This document shows positions 36,686 to 51,235 of a DNA stretch of 64,000 nt, in pieces. The notes beneath the pieces were generated by a model that did no database searches, was not told where the DNA came from, and saw only the letters and a program-made list of their open reading frames with translations. Made by a program: the position numbers and the translations under genes. The DNA comes from Octopus sinensis. Its lineage: Eukaryota. How positions within the stretch are numbered: the first letter of the stretch is position 1; each line of letters starts with the position of its first letter. The stretch spans positions 36,084,001 to 36,148,000 of the forward strand of contig NC_043000.1 of assembly GCF_006345805.1 (NCBI RefSeq), written 5' to 3'.

Positions 36686-38617
36686 TTTTTTTTTCTTCTT
36701 TCAAATTTTCTTCCATTTCTTGCCGAGTGTCTTCCCGACTCCTAGGGCAAAGAAACTCATAGTGTATATTGGTAGGCCATTAAACCAAACACAGTAGTTC
36801 GTTCATTTTTTTAAATTTTTTTTTTAAGTTAAATTAAAATACATGAGCAGCAACAGTTCTGACATCGACAATGCTCTTCTCAATACGTGTGATGTACCAG
36901 TTAAGACAATCTTTTGCACTTCTTGCAGGGATGGTAAGCCAGGGATCATTCTCATATAATTTTCGGTTCCCTTCTTGATCATTCCTAGTGCTCCTACGAT
37001 CACTGGTATTGTAACCGCCTTGAGATGCCACATTTTCTCAATTTCAATGAGTAGGTCTTTATATTTTCTGAGCTTGTCAAACTCTTTCGCTGAGATATTA
37101 TGATCACAGGGGATGCTCATGTCGATCAATAAGCAAACTTTATTGTTTTGGTCTTTCACAACAATATCTGGTTTATTGGCCTTGATGGTTCGGTCTGTAT
37201 GTACTGGAAAGTCCCACAGAATGGTTACATTTTCTCCTTCAGTTACAGCCTCAGGGTGGTGATTATACCACTTGTCGGCAGTTTTGATATTGTAATGCCG
37301 ACTTATTAGTCAGTGGAGATATTGGCCAACTCTGTCATGTCTTAATTTATACTCCACTGGTGCTAAGACTTTACATCTAGAGATTAGGTGGTCCACTGTT
37401 TCAATCATGTCGTTGCAGAATCGGCATTTTGGGTCTGCTCCATTTTTCATCACATTGGCCTGGTAGTTCCGGGTTAATAGGCTTTGGTCTTGAGCAGCCA
37501 GGATGAAACCTTCGCTCTCTGCTTTTAGCCCTGAGCTCCGCAGCCACTGATGGGTTTGCTTCTGGTCAACATCAGCTTGTTTGCTGCGGGTCACATATTT
37601 GCCGTGCAGAGGTTTCTCCTCCCACCTATCAGCCAATTGCTCGTGCGCTTTTTTCATTGCCATCATTTTCTCCTTCTTTGCAACAATAGTTGCCGTACTT
37701 CCCTCGGGTTGTTCAGTTTGGGTATCCTGCACGAGATCAATAGCAATTTTTTTGCTTTCCTTGATGATAGAATGAAGCTTCTTTCGTCTCTCGTGATTTT
37801 CCACGAGCTTTAGCATCCAGTCATTCGATATTTCGAGATAATTGGCCAGTCCAATTGTGGTTGTTTTGTAAGCTAGTTCAAATTGGATCAGGCCTCGGCC
37901 TCCTTGGGCTCTGGGAAGGTAAAGGCGATCTACGTCTGCCTTTGGGTGGTGCATCCTATTACAACTCAGCAGCTTGCGTATTTTTCTATCTATATTCTTT
38001 ACTTCACTCATATTCCAGTTCAACACATTGTAGCTATAAGTAACAACTGGAACTGCTAAGGAATTTACAGCTAACACCTTGTTACGTGCATTTAGTTCAG
38101 ATTTCAGGACTGCACGAACTCTCCTATAACATTCCTTCCTGATTTTCTCTTTCATGCTTGCATGCTGAATACCAGAGCCTTCATTTATCCCTAAATATTT
38201 GTATGTCTGTTCTTGCTCAAGCTCTCTTATGACTGTGTCAACATCTAACACGACTGAATTTGTGGTCTTCACTTTCCCTTTCTGGAAAGTGGCCTTGGCA
38301 CACTTCTCAAGTCCAAACTCCATCCCGATGTCATCGCTGAATGCTTTCACGGTGCGCAATAGGCCTTCAAGTTCATTATTGTCTTTACCATAAAGTTTTA
38401 AGTCATCCATATAAAATAGATGGCTTATTTTTTTATTGGCAATTTTATACCCATACCCTGTTCTGTTTAATTCACTTGTAAGGGGTATTAGGGCTATGCA
38501 GAATATTAAAGGTGAAAGTGAGTCACCTTGAAAAATTCCACAGTTGATGTTTATATTTTCTGAGGCAAGTACTCCATTAGAGTGGTATAATTGGAGATTC
38601 GTATTCCACAACGACAT
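36684..38617 (-). mobile_element. R4/Dong-clade LINE, 5'-truncated, young (copy A)
   Basis: GIFQGDSLSPL, LFYMDDLKLY, CCHC finger CRFCNDMIETVDHLISRC, RLE motif KPDIVV...LIDMSIP. ORFs 37310-38617 and 36824-37159 are in the same frame, separated by a single TGA. (TAA)n on both ends. Confidence 0.95.
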
Positions 38618-38681
38618 ATTATTATTATTATTATTATTATTATTGTTGTTGTTGTTGTTGTTGTTGTTGCTGTTATTGTTG

Positions 38682-38773
<92 letters not shown>

Positions 38774-38784
38774 TATTTATTTAT

Positions 38785-40876
38785 TTTCTTTGCACAGCTT
38801 CTAACGCTGGAGATGTACTATGCTGTCAGCTGTTCACTACCAGTGAACTAAGGTAACACCTCTTATTTTTCGAGCACCTTCTGGAGCATTCGAGCGGTTC
38901 CAAGCAGTGCTGTTTTCTGCAAATGCTCTACCCTTATTGCAGCTCCTATTTGTTCCCTGTACTTCTCAAGATTTTTACTTACTGCTCCCAGGGTTCCAAT
39001 AATTATTGGTACTACTATCACCTTTTTCATCGATTACAATTTCTTAACCTCCCAAGCTAACCTGTTATATCTCTCGACTTTTCTTTCTTCCTTATGGCAT
39101 ACCTTGTATTCAGCTGGGCGTGCTATATCTATAACCCAGCATCATTTGCTTTCTTTCTCAATTAACACTATGTCTGGTTTCCTATTCTCTATCTCATGGT
39201 CACACTGAATCAAAATCCCATAGGATCTTTACATAATTTTCGATGATGCGTTCGGATTTATGTTCGTACCACACTTTTGCTCTGTCAAGTCCATACTTGT
39301 TGCCAAGTGTCCAATGGACAAGCCTGGCTATATTGTCATGACGTATCTTAAATTCCTTCTGGGATAGTGGCGTACATTGACTGGTAATATGCTATATGAT
39401 TTCACCATTTTTTCCACAGATTTTGCACTTATCACTTTCTGATGTGTTGTCTATTCTGTATTTCACGAAGCTTGTTCTTAGTGCTTGTTCTTGGGAAGCA
39501 CAGATTACAGCCTCCGTTTCTGCTTTTAACTCACTTTTAGTCATCCACAGCCATCTTTTTCCTCTGTCTTTCTTATCTTCAACATCCCTATGAAATTGTC
39601 CATGCATTCTTTTCTTTATCCACCTTTTTCTCAGTTTCATTCATTCTCAAGTGTTTTTACAGTGCTTTATCTTTACAATCTTCCATCCTACAGAAATCTG
39701 CCTGTCTTACTTCCAATAATTGCGGTTCTGTGGCAGTTTTTACATACCATGCTAGGTTGTTTTCTTCTGCTCTAATGTTCTGTTCGCATCCAATCAGTCC
39801 ACTTCCCCATCTTTTTCTTGGGACGTACAGTCTCTCTGCGTCACTTTTTGGGTGGAGTGACCCATATCTAGTCAGCAACTTCCTTGTCTTTCTGTCTAAG
39901 CTGTTTAGTTCGTCTGCTGTCCATACGATTACTCCTGCTCCATATCTAAGGAGTGAAACTGCCCAGGTGTTGATAGCTTCAATCTTATTCCGTCCGTTTA
40001 ATTCCGACTTAAGAATCAGTCTCAGTCAGAGCAAGTACTCCAACTTAAATTCTTCTGTCATTTCTTTCCCCATCAATTCATCCATTTCCAATATCCCCAA
40101 GTGCTTATAGCTTGTCTCTTCTATCTGATTCATAACCTCCCCCGACGGTATCGTTATGCCGTCCATACATTTGATTTGATTTTACCTCTTTTCAAGACTA
40201 ACACACCACACTTTTACAGTCCGAATTCCATTCTGATATCAGCACTGTAGGTATATACCATACCAACGAGGAAACTGACTTGGGCTTCATCTTTACCATA
40301 AAATTTGAGATCATCCATGGATAACAAATGGTTGACTTTTTGTAGGCGGCTTTTGAACACATACCCAGCTTTTGCTTTCTTTAGAATCAGTGTTAGTGGT
40401 ATCAAGCACAGTACAAAGATGAGTGGGGACAGGTAGTCTCCTTGGAAAATGTCCCTCCTTATTTCTACTGTCCCTAAGCTTCTTCCGTGTGTTGTCATGT
40501 CCGTCCTCCAATTCGCCATACTTTTTCCAAGCAATCGCTCAACATTCGATGCAATATCATATAGGTTCATACACTCCATAATCCAAGAATGTGGGATCAT
40601 ATCGTAAGCCTTACAATAATCGATCCATAACATGGCTAAGTTACTTTTGCTTCTCTTGCCGTCTCTAAGTACAGTTTTGTCTACCGGGAATTGATCCTTG
40701 GTACCTCTGTGCTTACGCTTGCAACCCTTCTGTTCATTCTCTATCTCATGGTCGCACTGAAGCATCCAGTTCTTCATTGATCTCTTGATAAAATTTAAGA
40801 TGTTTTCGGGCATCTTTATCAACACAAGACTTTCTAAAACCCAGGAATAGGGCGACCCGTCACTGGTTGTTGACAA
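38785..40876 (-). mobile_element. R4/Dong-clade LINE, degraded (copy B, different family)
   Basis: WIDYCKAYDMIPH, IFQGDYLSPL, LLSMDDLKFY, HPKSDAERLY, KAETEAVICASQEQ, KPDIVLI, VPIIIGTLG; 3' end abuts (TAAA)/(TAA)n. Confidence 0.92.
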
Positions 40877-41399
40877 TTTCTCCGTCAGCTGCCGCTTAAT
40901 TGTTCATTATTCCGGTACCTGTAGTCTTTGCGTGCCGCTAAGGACACGTTCAGCTTTTAGTAACCGGATCCCTGCCTACGGGTCCTATCTAAACCGACAG
41001 AGCAGATTTTGTAGTCTACGTAGCTGATCAGTTTAAATATAGGCATCTTACGCTATTTTAATACCCTGATTTAACAAATACTCCATCTAGATACGATTTG
41101 GACGACTGTGTTTGCTCCATCTACCCACACTGGCACATCTGGGAAATCCAGTCGGTACCTGTTAGACTGCTAGAAGTTTCTGAGTTAGTTTTCGAGGCTT
41201 TCGCCCTCCTTCTGTGCACTAGCCCCACATAATCGTTTCGTCCATCCAAAATACTATTCCAATCCCCCATTAGTACTAAAGTATGAGACTATTCCAGGAA
41301 CGCTAGTAGGTGTCAGGAGAAACCCTGGTGCACGTTTATGCCTCAACAGGAGCATAAGTCTGGGGCTACCAGATTCTTTAGAGACTAGAACAAAATGCT

Positions 41400-42175
41400 T
41401 AGTAGCAATCTCTTGTGAAAATTCCAGCGAGGGCGACGTTGAACTTCATCCTTTCGGAGTAGACAAAAATAGGCACCAGTTGAACACAGGGCCCGATGTA
41501 ATCGACATGACCCTCTCCACCAAATTTCACGTTTACTATTATTGATATTAACATAATCCTTATTCATGGTGTGCGTGAATGTTACAATCAGATTCGTTGC
41601 CCTTGATTCCGGGCCACAACCAGCTTTAGCCATCGACGATCTCTCTTACAATCCTTCCGGTTCCCAGTAGAGCAGATTTCTGAATCAATGCAACTAAAGT
41701 AGTTACGCTAATCTCACTAAGTGAACTGCTAAGTCTGGCGGTGACTGTACCAAAGGCGCCTATAATAACTGGGATTACTTTTGTACAACGCCTCCACGGT
41801 GAGCTGGCAGAGTCGCAAACAAACCGGACAGAATGCTTAGCGACATTTGTCCGTCCTTACGTTCTGAATTCAATTTCCGCTGAGGTTGATTTTTCCTTTC
41901 GTTTAAGTACAAGTTGATCACTGGAGTCGATGTAACCGACCGACAATGAACTTGCTGGCCTTGTGCCAAAATTTGAAATCCTGGTAAAAACGTGAGCAGA
42001 TCGGACGAAATGCTGAGCGGTGTTTCGTCCGTCTTCACGTTCTGAGTTAAAATTCCGTCGAGGTCGACTTTGCCTTTCTTCCTTTCGGTGTCGATAAATT
42101 AAGTACCAGTTGAGTACTGGGGTCGATATAATCGACAATCCACTCTCCCAGTTTTCAGACCCTGTGCTTATAGTA
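41400..42175. mobile_element. Cluster of SINE family B copies (41400-41530 minus; 41795-41990 and 41990-42175 plus)
   Basis: Core TTCATCCTTTCGG...GATAAA and B-box motifs. Confidence 0.75.
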
Positions 42176-42182
42176 GAAAGGG

Positions 42183-42220
<38 letters not shown>

Positions 42221-42928
42221 CTTCTTCTTCTTCTTCTTCTTCTTCTTCTTCTTCTTCTTCTTCTTCTTCTTCTTCTTCTTCTTCTTCTTCTTCTTCTTCT
42301 TCTTCTTCTTCTTCTTCTTTTTCTTCTTCTTGAATCTTCTTCTTCTTCTCCTCCTTCTTCTTTTTCTTCTTCTTGAGTCTTCTTCTTCTTGAGTCTTCTT
42401 CTTCTTCTTCTCCTCCTCCTCCTTCTTCTTCTTCTCCTCCTCCTTCTTTTTCTTCTTCTTGAGTCTTCTTCTCCTCCTCCTCCTCCTCCTCTTTCTTCTT
42501 TTCCTTCTTCTCCTCGTCCTCCCTCCTCCTCCTCGTCCTCCAATTCCTCCCTCCTTCCTCCTCCTCCCTCCTCCTCCCTATTCTTCTTCATCTTCTTCTT
42601 CTCCGACTATAGAAATAGTCTTAATGGAACGTGTAGTTAATTATTTGACCAAATGCATTTCGGCACTTTCTGACAGAGATTTCAGTGTTGTGGATTAAGT
42701 CGGAACATTTTTCGCCGTTGGCAGTTTGTCAATGGAGGGAAGAGGTTTCAAATTGCAATGCAAGAAGAAGAAGAAAATGTGCAAGAAAAATAAAATTTGA
42801 AGATAAAAGATAAAATAAGTGAAGAATAAATAAAAGAAAAACATTTCTTGACGAGAAAGAAACTGGAAATAGCGAAGAGGAGTGAGGTGGACCTTGGTGG
42901 AAAAGAAAGAGACAGAAAGTAGGAGAAT

Positions 42929-42959
<31 letters not shown>

Positions 42960-43040
42960 GAGTGAGGGAGAGTAACGGAGAGAGAGATGATTGAGAGAAA
43001 AAGGGAGTAAGGAAGAGAGTGAAAGAGAGAGAGAGAGACA

Positions 43041-43520
43041 GAAAGATATAGATAGAGAGAGGTAGAGAGGGAACAAGAAAGCGAGTGAGATAAAAAGGAG
43101 GGAGTGAGAAAGAGAGAGAGAATGTGAGAGCGAAAGGGAGAGAGAGATCACGGGAAAGAGAGCGAAAGAGAGAGAGAGAGAGAAAGATATAGATAGAGAG
43201 AGGTAGAGAGGGAACAAGAAAGCGAGTGAGATAAAAGGAGGGAGTGAGAAAGAGAGAGAGAATGTGATGCAGCGAAAGGAGAGGAGAGATCACGGGAAAG
43301 AGAGCGAAAGAGAGAGAGAGAGAGAAAGATATAGATAGAGAGAGGTAGAGAGGGAACAAGAAAGCGAGTGAGATAAAAAGGAGGGAGTGAGAAAGAGAGA
43401 GAGAATGTGAGAGCGAAAGGGAGAGAGAGATCACGGGAAAGAGAGCGAAAGAGAGAGAGAGAGAGAGAAAGATATAGATAGAGAGAGTGAGAGAGGTAAG
43501 AAGAAAGCGAGTGAGATAAA
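43041..43520. repeat. ~142-bp purine-rich minisatellite, ~3.5 copies
   Basis: GAAAGATATAGATAG recurs at 43041, 43182, 43324 and 43467. Confidence 0.9.
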
Positions 43521-43793
43521 AAGGAGGGAGTGAGAAAAACAGAGAGAGGGAGAGAGAAAGTGAGAGGGATATGGAGAGAGAGATGACAGAAAAGAGAGTG
43601 ATGGAGAGAGTTTATTTTGATATCGTGTTCCGGGAAAGATTGAAGGATATTTTCTTTTCTTTCTTGTAACTTCTTCACTTTCTTTCATTTGAGATCAATA
43701 GATCGATAGCAATATTAAGAGAGCGTTTGTAGCTGTGGCTTTGCCATGAGGTGTTGGTTGGTCTTGTGGTTGGTGTGGTTGTTGGTCATGATA

Positions 43794-43853
<60 letters not shown>

Positions 43854-44086
43854 GCGGTTGTGCTGGTGGGGATAACCATTGTAGTGATGATGATGATGAT
43901 GATGAAGAGGGGGATTAATTTGACAATGACGATGACGACGATGATGATAAGTTTGTTGATGTTGATGATGAGGATAATGATAATGATGATGACGTCGTTG
44001 CTTTCGCTGCTGCTGCTGCTGCTGTTGCTGACTTTGATGATTATGATGTTGCTGCTACCGATGATGATGACGACGACGACGACGAC

Positions 44087-44128
<42 letters not shown>

Positions 44129-44449
44129 ATGTTGCTGATCCTTTTCGGCTGTGATCGTGTGGAATCTGCTGTTATTGTTGTTGTTGTTTATGTTATTGTT
44201 GTTTTTAAGCACCTGTATATTCCCAGGAGCCACTAGAATCTGCGCATGCAATATAAGAAATCTTTGACTCTCTGCCAAATTGAAATGGATATACGTCCGC
44301 AGCAAGCGATGCCATCTTTTTTTTTTTTCAAATTCTTCTTTAGTTATTTATTTTCATATTTATTTATTTCCTATATATATTCCGAATAAATAACCATAAA
44401 AATGTGTTTCCTTGCATTGATGGGAAACTTGGTAGGTATATATGCACTG

Positions 44450-44543
<94 letters not shown>

Positions 44544-44783
44544 ATACATATATGTATATATACACTGCTTGCGTAAATAGATATAAATATAGGTGTAACC
44601 ATATATCCATCCAGATATAGACAAATGCATATATACGTATATACACATACACACACACCACCACATTATATATATATATATATATAATCATATACAGAAA
44701 CATAAATATGTTATATATATATATATATATATTATATATGTGTGTGCGTGCGTGTTTATGTATGTGAGTGAGTGTATATGTAT

Positions 44784-44821
<38 letters not shown>

Positions 44822-45439
44822 GTGGAGGCAGCGTTAGTCATAGAGCCAAGTTGCCTGCGAATCAAGTGAAGTAAGCAACACCTTTGAAGGGAGAATTTGT
44901 TATTCTACATTCTTAAACCTACTTGCATCTTGTTGGATGTTTCATCCCCCGGACAGTAGAAATGCTTCTCATATTGAAGAAATTCGAGAACATTCGGGAG
45001 TGAAAGGACTTGTTTTCACAAATGTCATCTAGGAGGAAAATTTTCTCGTGGGACCACTTCGGCAATGGAAGGACATTTTACATCCGAATGTACTGAAGCA
45101 TATCAAATATGACTTCACACGAATATATTTTAATCAACACTGCTTCGTGCAATATTAGTTAATTTGTATCTTGAGCAGGCCTTAGGAACGTCAGCAAACA
45201 TACGATATAGTTTTCTCGGAACAGAGTCAGTGTCCCTAGTTGCCAACGCGAAAGGACACAGAAACGTTCGGATCGTTTGACCCAAAGACGCCAGCGACAG
45301 TCCGATGTGTTTTTACATGTCCTTTGGAAGGGGAATATTGTCTCGGAACTAGTCTTCCTATTTCCGTATATGGACACGAACATGATCAGGTATGCATATA
45401 TGTGTGTGTGTGTGTGAGTGTGTGTATTCTTTTATTCTT

Positions 45440-45830
45440 TTATTCTTTTATTTGTTTCAGTCATTTGACTGTGGCCATGCTGGAGCACCGCCTTTAGTCA
45501 AATAAATCGACCCACGGACTTATTCTTCGTAAGCCTAACACTTATTCCATCGGACGCTTTTGCCGAACTACTAGGTTGCGGGGATGTAGACACGCCACCA
45601 TCGGTTGTCAAGCGATGGTGGAGGACAGACAGACAGACAGACACACACACACCTACACACACACACACATACACACATATATATACGACGGGCTTCTTTC
45701 AGTTTCCGTCTACCAAATCCACTCACAAGGATTTGGTCAGCCCAAGGCTACACTAAAAGACATTTGTCCAAGGTGCCACGCAGTGAGACTGAACCCAGAA
45801 CCATATGGTTGGTAAGCAAACTACATGCAA
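45440..45830 (-). mobile_element. SINE family C, full length
   Basis: Head, CORE-like segment, internal (CA)/(TA) tract and 3' tail. Confidence 0.88.
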
Positions 45831-45906
<76 letters not shown>

Positions 45907-47210
45907 GTATATATGTATATATGGATATGGCAATATGGAAAGACGAAAGATATATATATATATATAATTATATATATACATATATATATATATATACATA
46001 CATATGTGTGTGTGTATATCTATCTATCTATCTGCTTGTTATCTTTATCAGTCTAACATGTCTTTCCGGTTTTATCTTAAACCGACGAATAATAGAAACT
46101 TGCAACTTGAAGTACAATTACGAATATTGTAAACTGGAAACAAAACAGGAATGTTTTAGTATTCATGTGTATGAGATAACAACGGTTGGCGAGCTGTGGG
46201 GTGGTACACACACAAACACATACACACGCACACAAACAAACACCCACACACACAGAGACAAATATACGCCCCCCACACACACATAGTTAAACGATGGGCT
46301 TACACTCAGAACCCATTGGTCGGTCTGGGGTTTTAGTGGAAGGTACGCATCCAGAGTGCTGCGGTGTGGGTCTGAACTCGAAGCCACGTGCTTGCCAAGC
46401 GACTTTCTTAAACCTACAGCAGTGCCTGTGCCTATCTGCTTACCCTTAAATTACGATGGGGGCTTACTTACAGGGATCTGATAATTTCTTGTAGGGGATT
46501 GTAATGTCACTGGAGAGCTGATGACTGTATTTGCTAATCGAAGAGATGAGATTCTTTTGGAAGAAATGATAATCACCATACGCACACACATGCATGATGT
46601 ATATGGCGGGCTTCCTCACAGTTTTCGCTCACCAGTATTATTCACAATGTATTGATCACCTTGAGCTTTCGATAGAACCCATTTGATTAAGATGCCTCGC
46701 TGTGGGATCGAACTGGAGACCATGAGATCTGAAGTGTCTTTCACCAGCAGTTAGCCTTAGATGCACGTATCTATGGAAGACAAAGACGTCGATTCAAATT
46801 AAGAAAGTTGCAAAGTTTCAAATGTAATTTATTAAAGGAAGAGAAAAATTATTATGGCAGGTCACGTTCAGTTGAATTATTTTCATTCTATTATGAAACA
46901 AACAGACATGGAATAAGAAGAGCAATTTCTCGCTCTGTAGACATAATAGTATACACAGAGCGTTGATACTGCGCACTATTCAAAAGTAGATAATTATGAG
47001 GTTTCTAATTAAGACCAGCTGAACATTAATACAGTAATTTAACTCATATATTTGTGTGTGTGTGTGTGTGTGTGTGTGTATGCTACTATCGAATAGTAGG
47101 AACGAGTGTTCAACACCGCATTCTCTATTTGTGAATTAAGAAGGCCACCAATGGGTTCAGAGTTACTTTACAATTGTTCACGCGTACAACATGGTATACA
47201 TATCTATCTA

Positions 47211-47313
<103 letters not shown>

Positions 47314-47330
47314 GTCTATCTATCTATCTA

Positions 47331-48920
47331 ACAGGAGCAAAAATTAACCCGGGAAAAGTCAGTGGGCTTGCGGCTCGGCACGTGGAGAAGCAAGCCCATG
47401 CCGTCCAACAGCGTCTCCATCGCGGGACGCTGGACCGACGGACCGGTTAAATTGCTCGGGATCTGGTTCGGTCCCGACCACCAAATAGAGAATAGTTAGG
47501 GCGAAATAACGACTAGTGGGGCCACTCTCACCCAGCAATGGGCCGAGAGGAAGCTATCCCTAAAAGGTCGGGTGGAAGTGGCGAACGCGTACGTCGCATC
47601 CATCACCGATTACCGTCTGACCGTCGTGCCTTGTCCCGACCCTACCATCACCAAACTGGAACGCATACTCTTCCGCTTCCTGTGGAAGGGAAGCGTTCCG
47701 ATGGTTAGGCGATCCATTTGCTGTCAACACCCGCTAAATGAGGGCTAGGCATGCCGTGGTTGATGATGCGCATACATGCGCTCAGACTGCGACATCTCCA
47801 GCGCTTCATAGACGACGGTGATCAGGTGTGGTCGCATCTTAAGCGACGCGCTTTCCCACAGCTCGTCTCCTTGGCCGAACTACAAACGTGGATCAAACAG
47901 AGACCAAGGCTAGGCGAATGGCACCGCGACTCTGGCGTTGCTCTCAAATAACTCTGTCGTCCGGGACCAAACTTGTGCGACTTCATTACAAGAAAGGCGT
48001 TCTATAGAAGATTAGTGGAGAGGAAGTGCGACGACGTTCTCGGGCAGAATCTGGGCGTCCACGAAGAAAACTTAACCCGCCTATTCAGGACAATTTTCGG
48101 GCCGGGACCTATGGTCAATCACCAAAGATCCCTGGCCTGGAAGTGCTATCGAGAAGCATTACCTGTTAGGGATAAGCTCTACAGGCACAGTCCGAGACAC
48201 ACCGGACCGACTTGCCCGAGAGGCGGTTAGAGTGCCGAAACCGTTCTGCACGCACTCGTGCAGTGTCCATCCATTTCGGACATGTGGGCTTATGCCAAAT
48301 GGTTGCTGTCGCGTGTGGGACATTCTGCCTGTCGGCCGAGTCTATCGTAAGGATTTCTCCGCACCCTTCCCTCAACCGGGAAGGTAACGCAGTTTTCATC
48401 GTACTGGTGGCTATGGTGAAAGAATATGTGTGGTAGACTCGAGAGAAAGGAGTAGAGACAAACACTTACCTCTCTGGCCAATCACTCATCAACCACTTGA
48501 AAACGAAGGTGAGATTGTAGAAGCAGGTTTTGTCTCGTGAAAGTTTCAAAAAAAGATGGGTGAATGTAGTAAAGATGGTGCGTGCGAGTGACGAAACCAC
48601 TTTGAGCATGATCATGTTAATTGTAAAAGAGAGAGAGCACTTTGCTCTCATGTGTTTATTCCCTCCCTGCATAAGGTTACCTGAGGTTTCTGTAGGCTTT
48701 TCTTTCCACGGATAAACCTAATCTATTTTTTACATTTAAAAAATTCTTCTGTGATACACGATCCCTTTGGATCGCCTTTGAAAATATTTTTTACGATCCC
48801 TTTTGATCGGAATTTTATTTTTTTTCTCATTTCCCCCACATTTCTTTTTCAGTTATGAAAAGAAAAGCTCTACATTTCTATTTGTCTCCTCTGTGCTCAG
48901 ACCTGTGTGGCCAATAACGT
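47331..48920 (+). mobile_element. Tx1/L1-clade LINE, 5'-truncated
   Basis: VKLLGIWFGP, RKLSLKGRVEVAN, FLWKG, LGMP, CYREALPVRDKL, ETVLHALVQC after correcting frameshifts; (TATC)n on both sides. Confidence 0.9.
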
Positions 48921-48922
48921 TA

Positions 48923-49194
<272 letters not shown>

Positions 49195-50346
49195 GTAGAA
49201 ATTTTCATGAGGTTAGTGTATTTCTCTGCTGTTCCACTTAAATTCTAGGTCTTTTTGTAGCAATTGTAGGTGCTATTTTTCACCCCCATTTATATACATA
49301 TATATATATATATGGACACAGGAAGTCACAAGACGTGTACAGCGAAAATATATGAAGCACAGTACATGGAACATGAACTATTCTTTCGAACAACGAAAGA
49401 CACAAATGGAAAACAAAACAAACAACATAAAGGACGACCCTTCATCAGTTGTTGGCTGTTTTTCTAGTCTTGTATTTCGAGTATTTAACAACAATATATG
49501 CTTTTGATAAAACAGTTACTCCCGCAAAGCAAATTAAATAAATTTTGGGATTTTGCGGAGGGTCAAAATTGGTAACACAAACATGACAGTGAAAACAAAC
49601 CTGAAAGGGCTGCTAAGCTTAAACGAGGTAGTGATGGTGAACGCGTAAATCAAGAACACATCTTCCTTGTTCCAGTTACAATGCTGAGAGGAAAGACAAC
49701 AAAAGTTAAGAGAGGAAAGAAAGATGGCCGATTGTCACGTGGGAGCCACGTGAGCAAGGGAGGTGGAGTGAGAGAGGTGTGTGTGTGCGTGTGTGTAATG
49801 CACACAGATAGAACACAGGCAAACGTGAACAGGTACATATTTACTGATGATGTTTATGAGTGAATGTTTTATTGAAATCTTTATGAGATTTTAAACTTTA
49901 AGGATTAATATTAAAGCAATATTAAGTGGCAGATATTATATATCTTATATATTTTATATGTTCCACTTAGTTCCAATGTCTAGATTTATTTTGAAAATTA
50001 TTGTTTTACAATCACTAAATGCTTATTTGCAACACAAATTCTAATCCGTCAGCACGGATTACAGTGTTCTTAAGATTGTGCCTTGAAATGGTGCCAACGA
50101 TTTCAAGTTAATTCGTTGAATATTCTCATAAAAGCCAGTAACAACAACAACAACAACAACAATAACAACAGCAACAACGACGATGATGAGGATAATATCA
50201 ATGATTTCTAATCTATGCACAAGGAGCAAATACATGCATACACACACACACACATATATATATATACATATATGCATATACATATACATATATATATATA
50301 TGTACACCACCTGTCTTCGTCTTTTGTTTTTTTCGTAAACTCTCCC

Positions 50347-50386
<40 letters not shown>

Positions 50387-50804
50387 ATATATTATATATA
50401 TATATACATACGTACATATATGTGTGTATATGTGTGTGAGTGTGTCTCTGTATGTGTGACAGTAGTTGGGAAAAAAATTATCTTATTGCATCCCTTGCCC
50501 GGATCAAATCTGTAAGCAACATATTTGTTTGTATGTCTACTGCACAAATTTACATATAGCCAGATGTACACAGCCAGATGTACATAACCAGATGCACACA
50601 GCCAATCCCCTCAGCCTGATGCTGTTTGGATTGGTTTATCTGTTGACAGATGTCTGATATTTAACATAGTATCACACACTTACAGCGATCATATTCGTGT
50701 CTTCAGGTTTCTGGTGCTTCTAAATTCGATGTATATATAAACAAATGCATATATGAACGGATTGTCCTTCTGGGATTCTTTCTGGGTTTTATTCTTTTGC
50801 TTAT

Positions 50805-50989
50805 ATTTCTTTCAGTCAGTTTGACTGCGGCCATGCTGGAGCAACGCCTTTAGTCGAGTAAATCGACCCAAGGATTTATTCTTTGTAAGCCTAGTACTTA
50901 TTTTGTCGGTATCTTTTGCCGAAACGCTATGTTACGTGGACGTAAACACACCAGCATCGGTTGTCAAGCGATGTTGAAGGGGACACACA

Positions 50990-51078
<89 letters not shown>

Positions 51079-51235
51079 CATACGTACGGCTGCTTTGAGT
51101 TTCCGTCTACCAAATCTACTCACAAGACTTTCGTCTGTCCGAGGATATAGTAGAAGACTCCTGCCCAAGGTGCCATGCAGTGGGACTGAACCCTGAACCA
51201 TGTGGTTGTTAATCAAGCTACTTACCACACAGCCG
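50805..51235 (-). mobile_element. SINE family C, full length
   Basis: Same layout as 45440-45830. Confidence 0.88.

Noticed and set aside
45240-45390. Plus-strand exon ending at CAG/GTATGC
   Set aside because: Weak acceptor, upstream stops in the open frames, and an unrecognisable peptide.
49435-49490. Type II hammerhead (GAAA upstream of CUGAUGA on minus)
   Set aside because: Stem III cannot be closed.
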